Part shown: positions 1 to 10,180 of the stretch, in pieces
Layout of the letters: each line of letters starts with the position of its first letter
Numbering within the stretch: position 1 is the stretch's first letter
Source of the DNA: Planctomycetota bacterium
GTDB lineage: Bacteria > Planctomycetota > MHYJ01 > JACQXL01
Direction: 5' to 3'
Assembly: GCA_038059695.1 (NCBI GenBank)
Contig: JBBTIZ010000069.1
Location: 2,969-66,968, forward strand
Length of the DNA stretch: 64,000 nt
Position numbers and translations under genes: made by a program
Notes under the pieces: model-generated
Told to the model about the DNA's origin: nothing
Seen by the model: the letters and a program-made list of their open reading frames with translations, nothing else
The model's database searches: none

Positions 1-743
1 ACCGGCGCCAGGGTCAGATGAATCTCCTCCAGTCATCTGATAAGGATGCGCCCTACCAATATCCGTCTCTGCCGGATGAGGACGAATTACCTGAAGAGGA
101 AATCCTGCGCTACGAGAAGGAAAGTTTGGGCTTTTATGTCAGCGGCCATCCGCTGGTCAAGTATGAGCATATGCTCAAGGAATTATCGTCGCTGCCCATC
201 AACCAACTCGTTACCAAAACCCCGCCTATAGAAGATGTTAAACTCTGCGGGATTATCTCGCAACTCCAGACCAAGATGGCTAAAGGCCAAAAAGACGGGC
301 AGAAGATGGTGTTCTTTAAGATGCGAGACCTCACGGGCGTTATTGATGCGGTCATCTATTCAGGCGAACTGCAGAAATACCGGCACCTGATTCAGGATAA
401 TAAGATTCTTTGTATCAAAGGCAAGTTTGACTCCCGCCAAGGCGAACCTATCCTCAAGGTCAGGGAAGCGGCTCCGATTGAAAACGCCTACGAATTAATG
501 CCTAATTGCGTGGTGATAGATATTTCTTTGACAGCGCTGGATGACGATGTTATCTATGGGCTGAGAGATATCTTGCTGGCGCATCCGGGCAATTGCCAGG
601 TCTTATTGCGGCTCAAGACCATGGAAAATGATATTGCCCTGACTAAGACGTCCAATAATTATTCGGTCTCCATCTCACCCCGATTCAGGGAAGATGTTAC
701 CGAATTATTGGGCCAGGATGTGATTAAGTTTAGTATTGATTAA
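1..743 (+). CDS. dnaE: DNA polymerase III alpha subunit, C-terminal part (5' end outside window)
   Basis: Frame is open to the window edge. EKESLGFYVSGHPL motif and the following OB-fold-like segment are typical of Pol III alpha C-termini. Confidence 0.8.
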   Translation, partial: RRQGQMNLLQSSDKDAPYQYPSLPDEDELPEEEILRYEKESLGFYVSGHPLVKYEHMLKELSSLPINQLVTKTPPIEDVKLCGIISQLQTKMAKGQKDGQKMVFFKMRDLTGVIDAVIYSGELQKYRHLIQDNKILCIKGKFDSRQGEPILKVREAAPIENAYELMPNCVVIDISLTALDDDVIYGLRDILLAHPGNCQVLLRLKTMENDIALTKTSNNYSVSISPRFREDVTELLGQDVIKFSID

Positions 744-745
744 TT

Positions 746-1417
746 ATGAATGTCAAGACCTTCGTGCTCGGTCCGATTCAGACCTCCTGCTATGTGGTCT
801 ATCCAGATGACAACAATAATGCTATTATCGTTGATGCGGGCGGCGACCCGGCTGAGATGGTTCAATTCATCAAGCAACACGACCTCAACCCGATTTATCT
901 GGTCAATACCCACGGCCATATCGACCATATCCTGGGCAATCCCCAATTAAAGAAGGCCTTCCCCAAGATGCAGATATGCATCCATCCGGCCGATGCGCGG
1001 ATGCTGGCCGAATCCAAGGCCAATCTGGCCACGGAACTGGGTTTTGAATTCTCGGCTCCTGAAGCGGACAAACTCCTGAATGAAGGAGACACACTCTCCT
1101 TAGGCAAGGAGAAATTCTCAATCCTGCACTTACCCGGACATACCAAAGGCGGAATCGGATTATTGTATAATCATAAATGGGTAGACGCGAAGCGCCATGG
1201 CGCAGCAGCGCCAAATGACGCTAACCTGCTCTTCAGCGGAGATGCCCTGTTTGCCGGAAGTATTGGCCGGACTGATTTCCCGGGCGGGTCGCTTTCAGAA
1301 TTGGTCAATAATATCAGGGAAAAGGTCTTAACATTACCGGATAATACCGTGGTCTATCCCGGGCACGGCCCCAGCACCACTGTCGGCGATGAAAAACACT
1401 CCAATCCGTTTCTTTAG
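746..1417 (+). CDS. MBL-fold metallo-hydrolase (glyoxalase II-like)
   Basis: HxHxDH motif NTHGHIDH, LHLPGHTKGG and SGDALFAGSIGRTDFPGG. The ATG lies 3 nt after the dnaE stop. Confidence 0.85.
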   Translation: MNVKTFVLGPIQTSCYVVYPDDNNNAIIVDAGGDPAEMVQFIKQHDLNPIYLVNTHGHIDHILGNPQLKKAFPKMQICIHPADARMLAESKANLATELGFEFSAPEADKLLNEGDTLSLGKEKFSILHLPGHTKGGIGLLYNHKWVDAKRHGAAAPNDANLLFSGDALFAGSIGRTDFPGGSLSELVNNIREKVLTLPDNTVVYPGHGPSTTVGDEKHSNPFL

Positions 1418-1538
1418 AAACTGTTAGTTATTCCGGTCCAAAGGAACGGAATAGCGTTACAGTTTCTTATCCCGCAGTTAAAAGGATGGATTAGAGTTTA
1501 CCTACTTGCTCGTCTGGCCGGCCGCCTAGTCTGGCTGG

Positions 1539-1618
1539 CCCCGTTAGAAGCGTCCACTATTGGGTGATTAGACACACTTATTGTTTTATCACGCTACTAC
1601 TGTTCGCTTCTAACGGGG
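1539..1618. repeat. Hairpin/TIR element, CCCCGTTAGA family, copy 1
   Basis: CCCCGTTAGAAGCG at 1539-1552 and its reverse complement CGCTTCTAACGGGG at 1605-1618. The TAG stop (1610-1612) of the next gene lies in the right arm. Confidence 0.8.
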
Positions 1619-3391
1619 CTGGCTTACCTTGGACTTTTTATCCAGGTAATTATTCCAATTGACCTGCTTTTTTATCTCCTCAAGCCAATTCTTGGTGAAT
1701 TCGCTCTTCTTATTATTGCTGATACTGGACTGGATTTTGTCCTTTTCCGCGTCAAAACTGCCGGCCGCCGGAACCCTCTTTTCCAGAATCTGAACCACAT
1801 AATAAATACCGTTATCTTCAATCACATCAAATTCACCGCTCTGCCTTTTGAACAGGTCGTCCTTGAAATCGCTGCGGGCCGGTTTAATCAGGGCCAGATT
1901 ATCATCCTTCTGAAAAAAGGCGGTTCTGGAAACCTTAACGCCCGTTATATCCGCTTTGGTGAACGTATTAAACCATTTCTTCCGCAATTCGTATTTTAAT
2001 GCCTCGTCATTTTCCTGGCCCTTGATTTCCTCATTAACCTTATCGGAGATATTCTGGGTGAGTTTCTGGGCCGCGGCCTTGGCCGCCTGGTTGGCTTTAT
2101 ATTTGATAAAATCACGGGTGACCTTTTCCTTGATTTGAGCGGTCAGTTTCGGGATATAAGTCCCCTGCTTCTTGAGGAGCCGGAATATAAAGTAGCCTTT
2201 ATCCGTGGAAATAGCCCGGCTCAATTCATTTTCCTGGAAGGTGTTTATCTGACGGCGGAAAGTATCCGATTTACCCAATTCCTTCTCCAACTCATCAATA
2301 TTATCAGCCGCCACAAAACCGGTCATCTGGTGATTGAGGTTGAATTTCTGGGCTATCTCCTTAAGGTTGACCTCTTTTTCCTGGAGTTCCAGCATCGTGA
2401 TTCTTTCTTCGGCTCGGGTAAGCATCTCCAGCGATTGTTCCTTGGCTAACTCAGCCAGTAGTTTATTATTTATCTCATCGCGGACTTCGGGAAATGCTTT
2501 GCTCTTGAATTCCTTTTCCCGGTTTTTGTTATAGTCATTCAGCAGCGCCTCCTCGGTCGGCTGGGGCAAACCGCTCTTGAGTTTATCGGCATCAGCCATA
2601 ATATATTCAATCTGCACCTTTTGCGGCACCTCGTATTCAGCCGAATGCTCCTGAAAATACTGGACCAGTTCGTCCTCATCATTCACCTTGGTCTTTGCCT
2701 CATAATCATTCCCGTCAAACGGCAGCCAGGCAATCCTGATTTCCCCGTTCCGGGCCAGGAATTCGTCATAGACCTCTTTGGTGCTGGGAATAATACCAGC
2801 CATAACCAGCTCACGGTATTTTCCTAATTTAAGGAATTCAGCCGTCACTTCCTCAAAGAATACCTCCGAGACACGCCAGTTGCTCAGAATCCACTGGTAG
2901 CGCTCCTTGGAAAATACGTTCTTATCCCCTTCTTCCCTGGCGCTGAATATATACAAACTATTCTTGATATAATCCACAATCTCGTTTGGGCTGACCTTAA
3001 CCCCGGATTTATCCGCCAGGGTATCCATCATTAGGACCACCCAGGTAAGTTCATCAAGGTATTCGTCCTTCTTGGTGTTATACAATTCCGCATCCACCAT
3101 ATTAAAAGGCGGGATAAATGAAAGAATCTGATAATCATCCTTAAAACCAAGGAATCGAGCATACATTGGAGCGTGCGCCAGCCAGCATTGTGTCCAAAGC
3201 AGACACTGGTTGCGGCGCATCTGGAATTGCTCCTTGCTAATCTTGCGGTTCATTATCTCGCCGGCCATATTCTCTTGTTTACCGCTGTCAAAGACGGACA
3301 GCATATCGCCTGTAATGCCGAATGCCAGAGCAACAATAATCACCAGCCCGAACATAATCTTCTTCTCGTGTTTCTGTATTTTTCGCAGCAT
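1610..3391 (-). CDS. Periplasmic chaperone, PpiD/SurA-N-like (no clear parvulin motif seen)
   Basis: N-terminal TM helix IMFGLVIIVALAFGI followed by a long helical body of PpiD-like size and composition. Confidence 0.55.
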   Translation of the reverse strand: MLRKIQKHEKKIMFGLVIIVALAFGITGDMLSVFDSGKQENMAGEIMNRKISKEQFQMRRNQCLLWTQCWLAHAPMYARFLGFKDDYQILSFIPPFNMVDAELYNTKKDEYLDELTWVVLMMDTLADKSGVKVSPNEIVDYIKNSLYIFSAREEGDKNVFSKERYQWILSNWRVSEVFFEEVTAEFLKLGKYRELVMAGIIPSTKEVYDEFLARNGEIRIAWLPFDGNDYEAKTKVNDEDELVQYFQEHSAEYEVPQKVQIEYIMADADKLKSGLPQPTEEALLNDYNKNREKEFKSKAFPEVRDEINNKLLAELAKEQSLEMLTRAEERITMLELQEKEVNLKEIAQKFNLNHQMTGFVAADNIDELEKELGKSDTFRRQINTFQENELSRAISTDKGYFIFRLLKKQGTYIPKLTAQIKEKVTRDFIKYKANQAAKAAAQKLTQNISDKVNEEIKGQENDEALKYELRKKWFNTFTKADITGVKVSRTAFFQKDDNLALIKPARSDFKDDLFKRQSGEFDVIEDNGIYYVVQILEKRVPAAGSFDAEKDKIQSSISNNKKSEFTKNWLEEIKKQVNWNNYLDKKSKVSQPR

Positions 3392-3394
3392 AAT

Positions 3395-3919
3395 CTATTT
3401 CACCTCTTCTATCTTGGGCAGGTCTTTAATGGACGACAGCCCTAACAATTCCAGGAAGTTATTACTGGTGCCGTAAAGCAAGGGCCGGCCCAGAACCTCG
3501 GCCCGGCCGGTGATGCGGATTAGTTTCTTCTCCATCAGGCCCCGGACAATGGCGCTGGAATCCACGCCCCGGATGGAATCAATCTCAGCCCGGTTTATCG
3601 GCTGTTTGTAGGCGACGATGGAAAGCGTCTCCAGAGCCGCATTGGAAAGAATGCCCTCGTTACGACGTTCGTATAATTTCTTTAAGTATGGATGAAACTC
3701 GGGCAAGGTCCTTATCTGAAACCCGCCGGCCACCTCATTTATGGCAAAGGAATGGCCGTTGGATTTATAGGCGGAGTTCAATTCGTCCACGCATTTCTTG
3801 ATATCGGCCGGAGAAATACTACCGCCTATCACGTCTTTGATGCGGCTAAGAAGCAACGGCTTTTCTGATGCGAACAATAACGACTCTACAATAGATTTAA
3901 TATTATTTATCTCGGTCAT
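3395..3919 (-). CDS. scpB: Segregation and condensation protein B
   Basis: IVESLLFASEKPL, LETLSIVAYKQPINRAEIDSIRGV and GRPLLYGTSNNFLELLGL match ScpB winged-helix repeats. Confidence 0.85.
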   Translation of the reverse strand: MTEINNIKSIVESLLFASEKPLLLSRIKDVIGGSISPADIKKCVDELNSAYKSNGHSFAINEVAGGFQIRTLPEFHPYLKKLYERRNEGILSNAALETLSIVAYKQPINRAEIDSIRGVDSSAIVRGLMEKKLIRITGRAEVLGRPLLYGTSNNFLELLGLSSIKDLPKIEEVK

Positions 3920-3931
3920 ATAGTTCCCTCT

Positions 3932-5379
<1,448 letters not shown>

Positions 5380-5463
5380 GCTTAGAGAAGAGATTCAACT
5401 ATACCATAAGTCCGCATTATATAATAAGAGAATAACCTGTCAAATCTTTTGTGATTATCTTAC

Positions 5464-5835
5464 TTAGGAAGGCACGATAAAAACAGCCATCAGATCTGAT
5501 TGGATTTCCGGCAGGGTAAATGATTTTGGTCCCTTAGTCCTCACACCCACAATTAAGTCCAAACCCTTGGGAAGTCGGTGTTTATTGAGACGGAATGCCT
5601 CGCGAACCAGACGTTTGATGCGGTTGCGTGTGACCGCGCTGGGAAATGATTTCTTGCTGACCGCAATACCCAGGCGGGAATATCCCAGATTATTGGGCAG
5701 GGAACGGATAATCAGGCATCCGGTCTTGCTAATCGCGCCGTTTTTATAGGCGCGTTCAAATTCACCGGCTTTGGTAATACGCTCTTTTTTGGATAATCCG
5801 AATGGTTGCATAAATATTGAACTCTTATGATTCAC
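5464..5835 (-). CDS. rnpA: RNase P protein component
   Basis: RLGIAVSKK and AVTRNRIKRLVREAFR. GTG start preceded by GGAG. Confidence 0.85.
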   Translation of the reverse strand: MNHKSSIFMQPFGLSKKERITKAGEFERAYKNGAISKTGCLIIRSLPNNLGYSRLGIAVSKKSFPSAVTRNRIKRLVREAFRLNKHRLPKGLDLIVGVRTKGPKSFTLPEIQSDLMAVFIVPS

Positions 5836-5862
5836 AGAACTCCTGCGGGAAATGCACTCTCT

Positions 5863-5993
5863 GTCATTCCCGTCCCGCTTGTCATTCCGTGCTTGACACG
5901 GAATCCAGCGGGATAAACTCCGGCGGGAATCCAGAATAGAAAACTGGATACCTGCTGGAGTTTATCCCCGCCAACGGCGGGGGCAGGTATGAC
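5863..5993. repeat. GTCATTCC...GGTATGAC palindromic element, copy 2
   Basis: Shares CTGCTGGAGTTTATCCC and GGGGCAGGWATGAC with copy 1. Confidence 0.8.
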
Positions 5994-6037
5994 AATTTAG
6001 GAAGACATCACTTTGTTATGCGCTCTTAATTTGTATC

Positions 6038-6697
6038 TTACTTCTTTCCCGAATATCCTGACGCCCCGACCACCCGGGCGCCGCCTTCTTTGAGGTGCTC
6101 GAGCATCTTCCGGACCTCTTCCTTTTCGCCTTCCACTTCCAGGACGAACCAGGTTGAGGTATCGGTCAGCGAGCCCTCCAGGATATTGACCGTAATGTTA
6201 TAGTCGCGGGCAATCTGCCACAGGGTCGGCTGCTGGCGCTGTTGCTCGGAGAACAAGACCTTCACGGTCTGCTTAACCTTAATCTTATTGCCCAGGAAGG
6301 CCACCAGGTTCTTGAGCCGGCCGATTGATTCCTTGGTCATCGCGGTGAACTGGACGCCCACGATATTATTGCCGTCATAACGGGCCGAGGGCTTAACCCA
6401 GGCCACCCGTCCGTCCGCCTTGAGCGGCTCGCCGCCCAGCATCGGAATGCCCACAGTAAAGGTCATTTTATCATCCTTTAACAAGGTATCCGCGGTCAGA
6501 AACCTCATCCCGCGCATACTGATATTCAGGATGGGGTATTGGTCTGACGAGCCCTTGAAAATGGCGAACAATCCACCGCCTGATTCTTTGTATTGCACTA
6601 TAGCGCCTTTGATGGGTATCCGGGTATCTTTTCTGTGTTCGCTGCCGCGGTCACTGCGGTGTTCGCTTTCGCGGTCTCTGCGGAGTTCATTAGCCAT
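6038..6697 (-). CDS. PilZ domain - NIL-like domain fusion protein
   Basis: RKDTR (RxxxR) and NISMRG (NxSxxG) PilZ motifs. C-terminal YNITVNILEGSL...FVLEVEGEKEEV resembles NIL domains. The first ~17 codons are repeat-encoded. Confidence 0.6.
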   Translation of the reverse strand: MANELRRDRESEHRSDRGSEHRKDTRIPIKGAIVQYKESGGGLFAIFKGSSDQYPILNISMRGMRFLTADTLLKDDKMTFTVGIPMLGGEPLKADGRVAWVKPSARYDGNNIVGVQFTAMTKESIGRLKNLVAFLGNKIKVKQTVKVLFSEQQRQQPTLWQIARDYNITVNILEGSLTDTSTWFVLEVEGEKEEVRKMLEHLKEGGARVVGASGYSGKK

Positions 6698-6871
6698 AAT
6701 TTAACCTTTCTTACTGCCCGTTTGAGCAAAGCGAATTACGGGCAGTTCGATGGCGCCAAGGGCGCCACTTTTCTTTTCCATAGGAACACTCCGACATGCT
6801 AGGAGCAATCCCTTATTTATATACTATCCCATTATATATTTTCCTTCTCAAATCACAAGGAAAATATACTA

Positions 6872-7867
6872 TTATAATTTACCTTGTTCGGTGTTTAATT
6901 TCTTCCAGATGGCTTGCTGGAGTTTATCCAGTCCTAAATGAGTAACCGCTGAAATCGGAATGATGGTTTTGGCTAACCTGGCCTTATATTTAGCAAGATT
7001 CTTCTTTGCCTCGGGCAAATCCATCTTGGTGGCCACGATAATCTGGGGCTTGCGCGCCAAGGTCTTGCTGTAAAGCGTCAATTCCTTCCGAATCCCCCGA
7101 TACACCGCCGGAATCGGTTCCTCGGTGCTGAAATCAATCAGATGCAATATTATCGTGGTGCGTTCTATGTGGCGCAGGAATTTATCGCCCAGCCCCCTGC
7201 CCTTATGCGCTCCCTCAATCAGGCCCGGTAAATCCGCCATTACAAAGGTCTTATATTCAGGGCCCTTAACCACGCCCAGGCAGGGTTCCAGTGTGGTAAA
7301 CGGGTAATCCGCAATCTTGGGATGGGCATCGGAGACCACATTAATTAAGGTTGATTTGCCGGCATTGGGCAGCCCGACCAGGCCCACATCGGCAATGAGT
7401 TTGAGTTCCAGATACAGATGATGTTCTTCGCCAAGTACGCCCTTTTCATACTTGAGCGGGGTCTGGTTAATCGGCGTGGCAAAGGTGCTGTTGCCCCGGC
7501 CGCCCTTTCCGCCTTTGGCCATAATCACAAAATCATTCTTATCCTTAAGGTCATTGAGTATATGATTCCGGCCTTTATCCCAGATAATAGTGCCCGGCGG
7601 CACATTGATAACCAAATCATCACTGCTTTTACCGAAGCAGTTACTACCCGAGCCCGGCTGGCCGCCTTTGGCGACGAATCTGGTCTGGTGAATCAGGTGA
7701 TTGAGCGTATTGTAGTGATGATTGGCCCTGATAATCACATCCCCCCCTTTGCCGCCGTTGCCTCCGTCCGGACCGCCCTTGGTTATAAATTTCTCCCTGC
7801 GGAAACTGACTGCGCCATTCCCGCCGTCTCCGGCCTTAATATAAATAATCGCTTCGTCTTTAAACAT
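6872..7867 (-). CDS. obg: GTPase Obg
   Basis: FKDEAIIYIKAGDGGNGAVSFRREKF, GGPDGGNGGKGGDV and GLPNAGKST. Confidence 0.95.
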   Translation of the reverse strand: MFKDEAIIYIKAGDGGNGAVSFRREKFITKGGPDGGNGGKGGDVIIRANHHYNTLNHLIHQTRFVAKGGQPGSGSNCFGKSSDDLVINVPPGTIIWDKGRNHILNDLKDKNDFVIMAKGGKGGRGNSTFATPINQTPLKYEKGVLGEEHHLYLELKLIADVGLVGLPNAGKSTLINVVSDAHPKIADYPFTTLEPCLGVVKGPEYKTFVMADLPGLIEGAHKGRGLGDKFLRHIERTTIILHLIDFSTEEPIPAVYRGIRKELTLYSKTLARKPQIIVATKMDLPEAKKNLAKYKARLAKTIIPISAVTHLGLDKLQQAIWKKLNTEQGKL

Positions 7868-7929
7868 AGAATATATATAATTGTTATCTTCTAATCTTAC
7901 TACTAAAATGAATTAAGAAATGCCCGGGC

Positions 7930-8649
7930 TTATTTCTTCTGTAACGTATCGCTGAGTATCTTGGCGCTCACTATGTTACCCAGTACCGGCGAGACATAAT
8001 CCCTTAAATACCGCGCCACATCGGCAATCGGCTTGGTGGAGACATAGATAATGTCGCGCGGATAAATCACTATATTATTGCGCATATTGCCATTGATGAT
8101 TTCATTGATATCTATCAAAATAGTCTCTGATTTCTCAACATCCTTCTTTAATTCGCCCCGGATAACCAGGGCATTGCCCCACTGGGCATCCCTGGTCAGG
8201 CCGCCGGCCTCGGCGATTATATCCATAAACGAAGTTCGGCCGAAGATTTTATAGACGCCCTGCTTGCCGACCTCGCCCAGGACAATCACCTTTTCACCGG
8301 CAAAGTTCTTGACCGTCACCGAGACCTGGGGCGAAACCACGTATTCGGCCAGTTTTTTGCTCACCTCGTCGTCTATCTCGGTCAAGGTCCGGCCCTGGGC
8401 CTCAATATCGCCGATAAGAGGAAACGAAAGTTTACCGTCCGGCCTGACAATGATATCACGGGTTAAGTCAGTATGCTGCCAGACGAATATTTCAATGGTA
8501 TCACCGGAAATGACCTGATAATCCAAGGGTTTGAGTTGTTCCGGGTCATACGCCGAAGGCCGGATGGTCGGCGGATAGACGTTAGTCACGCCGCCGCAAC
8601 CCAGAGGAAGCAGCCCGGCTAATAATAGTAGGATTATTATAGACCTCAT
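7930..8649 (-). CDS. Polysaccharide export protein (Wza/SLBB type), lipoprotein signal
   Basis: Lipobox LPLGC. ISGDTIEIFVW...VRPDGKLSFPLIGDIEAQGRTLTEI is typical of Poly_export plus SLBB. Confidence 0.75.
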   Translation of the reverse strand: MRSIIILLLLAGLLPLGCGGVTNVYPPTIRPSAYDPEQLKPLDYQVISGDTIEIFVWQHTDLTRDIIVRPDGKLSFPLIGDIEAQGRTLTEIDDEVSKKLAEYVVSPQVSVTVKNFAGEKVIVLGEVGKQGVYKIFGRTSFMDIIAEAGGLTRDAQWGNALVIRGELKKDVEKSETILIDINEIINGNMRNNIVIYPRDIIYVSTKPIADVARYLRDYVSPVLGNIVSAKILSDTLQKK

Positions 8650-8824
8650 AAGATATATTTATTATATCGTCATTTCAGGATAATTAATCCAGCCCTTTTC
8701 TGCGGAGTATTAGACCAACGTAGAATGTATGTTTATATTTCTGAAACTACCCCGTAAGCGGATGGATATTAAAAAGGGGCTGGATAAATCTATTGAAATC
8801 TTACTTGCGTCGCCACCCTCTTTT

Positions 8825-8927
8825 GTCATTCCCGCGTAAGCGGGAATCCAGATAAAAAGGACTGGATACCTGCTCCCCGCTTTCGCGGGGACAAGTTTAC
8901 CCCTGCGTAGGCAGGGGCAGGTATGAC
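8825..8927. repeat. GTCATTCC...GGTATGAC palindromic element, copy 3
   Basis: GTCATTCCCGCGTAAGCGGGAATCC...CCCTGCGTAGGCAGGGGCAGGTATGAC. This explains the spurious 77-aa track ORF 8710-8943. Confidence 0.8.
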
Positions 8928-8957
8928 GGGTTGGGGTATACAAGTTTATAGTAAACT

Positions 8958-10010
8958 ATGGAACTGACCAATCAGATATGGAGTATCATCAGGGAAAATA
9001 ACCTCTTTCAGAGAAAACAGACGATAATTATCGGCCTGTCCGGCGGGCCTGATTCAATGGCCCTGACCAATCTACTCTGCCAGATAAACAGCCGGTTCAA
9101 GATGGACTGGCGCCTAATTATCGCCCATCTCAATCACCAAATGCGGGGCCGGAAATCAGACCGGGACGAAAGATTCGCCCGAAATATGGCAGCCAGTTTA
9201 GGCCTACCCATCTATGTCAGCCGCAGGAATATCATCCAACTGAGTCGGAAATACAAGCAATCACCGGAAGAAACCGCTCGTTATGAACGCTACCGCTTCT
9301 TTGCGGACATCGCCAGGCAGACAGCCAAAAGTCACCGCAAGCAAATAATCTCTGTGGCGGTCGGCCATAATCTTGATGACAACGCCGAAACCGTCCTTTT
9401 CCGGATTATCCGGGGCACCGGCTTAAAAGGCCTGCGCAGCATCAGGCCAAAACGGGAACTGTTTACCGGCTCCAAATTCCATCTGGTCCGGCCATTGGCC
9501 TTCACATCCAAGAAGGAAATCATCTCGTATCTCAAAGCCCAGAAACTGCCCTATTGCATTGACCATACCAATAAAGACCGAAAGATGCTCCGCAACCGCA
9601 TCAGGCATGAGTTATTGCCGCTCTTAAAGAAGTACAATCCGGCCATCTGCCAGCATCTGGTACAGTTGTCCGAAACCGCCTCCGCTCACTATGACTACCT
9701 GGACAAAACCACCCGGGCCAAGATGCTTGCCTGCGCCGTGCGAAGCGCGGCAGGCAGGCCCCGTAAACAGAATTCGCTTCCTATCAATATGCTGAAAAAG
9801 GAGCACCCTATAATCCAGACAGAAATGCTGACCAAGGCGCTGGAGAATATCGCCGGCACAAAGGCAGTGGCATATAATCATTATCAGGCACTGTTAAAAC
9901 TGATTAATTCACCCAAGCCCAAAGGCGAAGTCCACCTGCCGGACAATATTATCGCCCGGGTCAAGGCCGGTAAACTCATGATTAAACGTTCTAATAATAG
10001 ACAAAATTGA
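8958..10010 (+). CDS. tilS: tRNA(Ile)-lysidine synthase
   Basis: PP-loop GLSGGPDSMAL and HLNHQMRG. Confidence 0.85.
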   Translation: MELTNQIWSIIRENNLFQRKQTIIIGLSGGPDSMALTNLLCQINSRFKMDWRLIIAHLNHQMRGRKSDRDERFARNMAASLGLPIYVSRRNIIQLSRKYKQSPEETARYERYRFFADIARQTAKSHRKQIISVAVGHNLDDNAETVLFRIIRGTGLKGLRSIRPKRELFTGSKFHLVRPLAFTSKKEIISYLKAQKLPYCIDHTNKDRKMLRNRIRHELLPLLKKYNPAICQHLVQLSETASAHYDYLDKTTRAKMLACAVRSAAGRPRKQNSLPINMLKKEHPIIQTEMLTKALENIAGTKAVAYNHYQALLKLINSPKPKGEVHLPDNIIARVKAGKLMIKRSNNRQN

Positions 10011-10048
10011 TTTGTTACTTATAATAACTGCGTGGCTGAGATAAATTA

Positions 10049-10120
10049 GATTGCTTCGTCGCTCCGCTCCTCGCAATGACAGTACGAACGATTGTCATTG
10101 CGAGCGTCAGCGAAGCAATC
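10049..10120. repeat. Long palindrome GATTGCTTCG..CTCGCAATGAC / GTCATTGCGAG..CGAAGCAATC
   Basis: Self-complementary arms seen directly. A second copy is embedded inside carB at about 52208-52275. Confidence 0.8.
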
Positions 10121-10180
10121 TCTCTCTTATCTTTGAAATTCCATACGATAGGTTAGTGGCACATAGAAAGGAAAAGACCT

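Noticed and set aside
5836-6037. Expected rpmH (L34) upstream of rnpA
   Set aside because: I looked for the MKRTFQP-type small ORF. The gap is filled by a palindromic repeat and no such ORF is present, so rpmH must lie elsewhere.
6752-6778. GGCGCC-AAG-GGCGCC hairpin plus T-run as an intrinsic terminator
   Set aside because: The T-run is on the plus strand, but both neighbouring genes (obg and PilZ-NIL) are on the minus strand and no credible plus-strand gene precedes it.
8710-8943. 77-aa minus-strand ORF
   Set aside because: It lies entirely within the GTCATTCC..GGTATGAC palindromic element, and similar pseudo-peptides arise wherever the repeat occurs.
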